Positions 61,330-64,000 of a stretch of 64,000 nt of DNA are shown in pieces (within the stretch, counting starts at the first letter, position 1; every line of letters starts with the position of its first letter). Below the pieces are notes generated by a model. That model saw only the letters and a program-made list of their open reading frames with translations. It did no database searches and was not told the DNA's origin. The position numbers were made by a program, and so were the translations under genes. The stretch spans positions 124,001-188,000 of the forward strand of contig CDROCS010003176.1 in the NCBI GenBank assembly GCA_977020255.1, read 5' to 3'. The DNA is from Obrimoposthia wandeli. Its lineage: Eukaryota.

Positions 61330-62985
61330 TTAAGCTTGGTTTGCCTGAGTTTGGGGCGAATGGCACCGAATTGGCTGCAGACTCGTTGCATGCGAAAGAT
61401 CATCACAATCAATTAGGCTCTTTTGTGCAACATATTCCTCAAAACTCACTTCTTGAACTGCTTCTAGCTGTTTTTGCTTAAGCAAAGACGCCTTCGCAAG
61501 CGATTCTAGTTTGGTCATTTCATCCAAAGAAATAGTCTTATCTAAGTACCCCTGTATATGTTGCTGAAAGCATGCGTTAATAAATGCAGTATGGCTCTGC
61601 CTCTCTTGTTTCATACGGGTTAAAACCTGTGCCGATGGCGTTAATGCGCTGTCTTCAAACTTTGCTTTTTCACGCATCACAGCGCTCTCATAATCGTCAC
61701 TTTGATGGGGATTACTCATACCTTTCGCCATTTCAGCTAGCGCGTTCATTAATGGTGCGGCCAAATCAATAAGCGAAATATCTCCGTCCATAGTTGGCAG
61801 TATCAACCCCTGTTTTCTACCTTGCATGGCAACCAATTCTTGTCTTTCCATAATGAGTGTACTTTCCTGCTCACTCATTTTTGGGCTTGGTGCTAGTGCG
61901 CTATAAATCAGAAACAGATCAAGAAACTGGCTCTGCAACTCATCAATACCCAAAGGTAGCAAGGGGTTATTATCCAAACTGCGTAATTCAATGTATTGCA
62001 CACCGTAGTGGCACATCGCAACTAAGGGACGCATTTCTGCATTTACTATTTTAGGACGAACAGAACCATACAGTTCATTTTCTAATTGGAGAACAGATCC
62101 GTTCAATTGTTGGTCACTTGCCAAATGTGTATATCGCTTACTTGGTTTAGTCAACGCATTACATAGCCCAGTGAGGTATTCTTCTTTATTGTTAAAGCTC
62201 ATAGAGAAATGAGATTGCTCACTACTGCCATACCCAAGATTACTCAAGCGCAGCGATGTGGCCCAGGGTAAATAATCGGTAGTGTCGTCCCATTGCTCTA
62301 ATGCACGGGGCTTACCTTGTAGATAGCTCTTATCGACGACAGGTGAAGCTCCAAACAGATATGGAATAATCCAGCCATGGCGTAATACATTGCGAATCAA
62401 ATGAAAATAACGTTCAGAAATAAACGTTTCTAACGGCAACTTACTTTCAGTATGTACATGAAGCGCCTTCCAAAAACTGTCTGGTAATGAAAAATTGTAG
62501 TGAATGCCTGAAATGAGCTGCATCCGCTTTCCATAACGATTGGCTAGCCCTTCACGGTAGCGAGCCTTCACCATTCCAGCATTCGAAGTACCGTAACGAG
62601 CAATAGGAATATCGTGATCATCAGGCAATGCAGGGGGCATACTCGCAGCCCACATCGACTCACCCTCATTCAAATTAGTCGCAACAAAGTGGTGTAAAGA
62701 AGCCAGTGTTTCAAATGTCTCACTTCTCTCATTAACCGCAGGAGTCACTAACTCTAGCTGCGCTTCTGAAAAATCGGTGGTGATGTACGGATGAGTAAGT
62801 GCAGAGCCCAAAGATACGGGATGTGGTCGTTGAGAAAGCGCCCCATTGGGTGTAATTCGAACCATTTCACGTTCAATTCCACGGCGAACATCACGCAGGG
62901 TTTCTTTCACTTGATCGCTTGCTAAAAATTCCAGCATTTCTATAACTGGTGTCTTAACTTCAGAGGGGATAGCTTCATTTCTCAT
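61330..62985 (-). CDS. gshA: Glutamate--cysteine ligase
   Basis: RGIERE, GSALTHPYITTDFSEAQLELVTP, MQLISGIHYNFS, YIELRSLD. Confidence 0.9.
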   Translation of the reverse strand: MRNEAIPSEVKTPVIEMLEFLASDQVKETLRDVRRGIEREMVRITPNGALSQRPHPVSLGSALTHPYITTDFSEAQLELVTPAVNERSETFETLASLHHFVATNLNEGESMWAASMPPALPDDHDIPIARYGTSNAGMVKARYREGLANRYGKRMQLISGIHYNFSLPDSFWKALHVHTESKLPLETFISERYFHLIRNVLRHGWIIPYLFGASPVVDKSYLQGKPRALEQWDDTTDYLPWATSLRLSNLGYGSSEQSHFSMSFNNKEEYLTGLCNALTKPSKRYTHLASDQQLNGSVLQLENELYGSVRPKIVNAEMRPLVAMCHYGVQYIELRSLDNNPLLPLGIDELQSQFLDLFLIYSALAPSPKMSEQESTLIMERQELVAMQGRKQGLILPTMDGDISLIDLAAPLMNALAEMAKGMSNPHQSDDYESAVMREKAKFEDSALTPSAQVLTRMKQERQSHTAFINACFQQHIQGYLDKTISLDEMTKLESLAKASLLKQKQLEAVQEVSFEEYVAQKSLIDCDDLSHATSLQPIRCHSPQTQANQA

Positions 62986-63020
62986 TTGTCTTATTCGATA
63001 AAAATGTTATTCATTCTATT

Positions 63021-63048
63021 AAGACGCAGAGAAATGAAAAAAGACGCA
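63021..63048 (-). promoter_or_regulatory. Candidate ECF-sigma promoter for the gshA operon
   Basis: TGCGTCTT twice on the minus strand, 20 bp apart, 35-62 bp upstream of gshA; CGTC core as in ECF -10 elements. Confidence 0.4.
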
Positions 63049-63184
63049 ATTTTTTAAACAATTTTTCCAAAAAATTAAAATATAGATAGAGGCAAGGTGA
63101 AGAAGCTCTTCTAAAAGAAGAAAACGACCCAGAAAGTAAGTCGATTTATAGAAAAAAGTACCAATGAAATGTTAAAGATCAGGC

Positions 63185-63739
63185 TTAACCCACACCGTTA
63201 CTTTTAGCGAATTCAGCACACTCTGCTTTGGGATAGAAATCAATGATACCTTCGCGTCCCGTTTCCACATTACAGCAATTCGTTAGAATTTCTTTAAGCT
63301 TAACTCGGCCACGTTGAACCCGACTTTTCGTTCCGGATAATGACAACCCTAATTGTTCAGCGACTGCCTGTTGAGATAATCCATCTAATTCAGAAAGAAT
63401 CATTGCTTGGCGATATTTCTCTGGCAAACAATCAAACATCGGGCGTAAGCACTGCGCCATAGTTTGTAAATTGACAACTTCAGCAGGCACCTCTTCTTCT
63501 GTTAGGTTATCCATCAGCTCTTCATGGCTTTGGTGCGATCGGTAGAAATCCATAATCGTATTATGAGTAATGCGATACAGCCAATTTTTAAGTTTATCTT
63601 TAGCTTCTAGCTGATGAATTTTCTGGCTTGCTTTGATGTATACCTCTTGCAAGATATCGTCAGCTAAGTCTAGATCACCTGTTTGTTTCACTATGTAACT
63701 TCTTAATTGGTCTTTGTGTGTTAACCACTCCGCTAGCAT
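63185..63739 (-). CDS. sigZ: ECF RNA polymerase sigma factor, SigZ-like
   Basis: DDILQEVYIK, WLYRITHNTIMDFYR, region 4 LSLSGTKSRVQRGR, C-terminal NCC. Confidence 0.85.
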   Translation of the reverse strand: MLAEWLTHKDQLRSYIVKQTGDLDLADDILQEVYIKASQKIHQLEAKDKLKNWLYRITHNTIMDFYRSHQSHEELMDNLTEEEVPAEVVNLQTMAQCLRPMFDCLPEKYRQAMILSELDGLSQQAVAEQLGLSLSGTKSRVQRGRVKLKEILTNCCNVETGREGIIDFYPKAECAEFAKSNGVG

Positions 63740-63841
63740 AGCCTTTCCTCAATTTACGATGCTTACTTACTATATTTCGATGATAATAGAATTATAAGTA
63801 AATTTAAAGTGTCAAAGACCAAGTAAGTCGATTGTTAGTCT

Positions 63842-64000
63842 TTATGCAGGTATGGCGGTCACCACCCATCGCAAAGGGCCATTTACGCTAACAGTCGTAA
63901 AGGGATAACACGTAATTAAGGTTAACTGCGACCACGGCGTTTGTGCGGCTACCTTTGTCTCTTGTTGGTTCACAACCTGCAAACTTGTGACAATGTAACG
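63842..64000 (-). CDS. Sortase (marine proteobacterial type), C-terminal part; 5' end outside the window
   Basis: Hand translation ...SQLTLITCYPFTTVSVNGPLRWVVTAIPA*; TLxTC catalytic motif plus downstream Arg; absent from the ORF track. Confidence 0.85.
   Translation of the reverse strand, partial: RYIVTSLQVVNQQETKVAAQTPWSQLTLITCYPFTTVSVNGPLRWVVTAIPA

Noticed and set aside
849-62054. The remaining 60-110-aa ORFs in the track that overlap larger genes (e.g. 3923-4165, 17022-17336, 27604-27939, 44897-45187, 57564-57845)
   Set aside because: Antisense or out-of-frame shadows of well-supported genes, with no RBS or motifs.

Overview
A 64-kb chromosomal window from a marine gammaproteobacterium. 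Moritella/Photobacterium-like is an inference from gene content. The core backbone carries def, rihA, artPIQM, the gal operon with galR, gltS, 3x tRNA-Val(GAC), ibpA-dnaK, efflux and amino-acid ABC systems. Main accessory pieces: (1) An auxiliary T6SS module: PAAR with a C-terminal tail, a DUF4123 adaptor, a MIX/VasX-like pore-forming effector split by a 5-bp TTGAA duplication, and four ~975-bp immunity units (two intact, one frameshifted, one 25-codon stub). (2) A tightly packed minus-strand operon of GshA, a heterodimeric MdlAB-like exporter and a EUKARYOTIC-type glutathione-synthetase-fold ligase whose specificity loop reads GGIHSG instead of GGVAAG. It lies downstream of an ECF sigma (SigZ-like) and a partial Gram-negative sortase, and is the best candidate for an undescribed gamma-glutamyl-peptide synthesis/export system. 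(3) An orphan CapW/BrxR-type WYL regulator divergent from an unknown Cys-rich gene. (4) ERIC-like MITEs in one long and two short forms, a 52-bp perfect palindrome, 59-bp direct repeats bracketing an SLT+AgcS pair, a switch-like leader on agcS, an AlpA scar and an unannotated 51-aa lipoprotein. No CRISPR array, rRNA, intact transposase or integrase was seen. All family assignments come from motifs recognised by eye, not from database searches.
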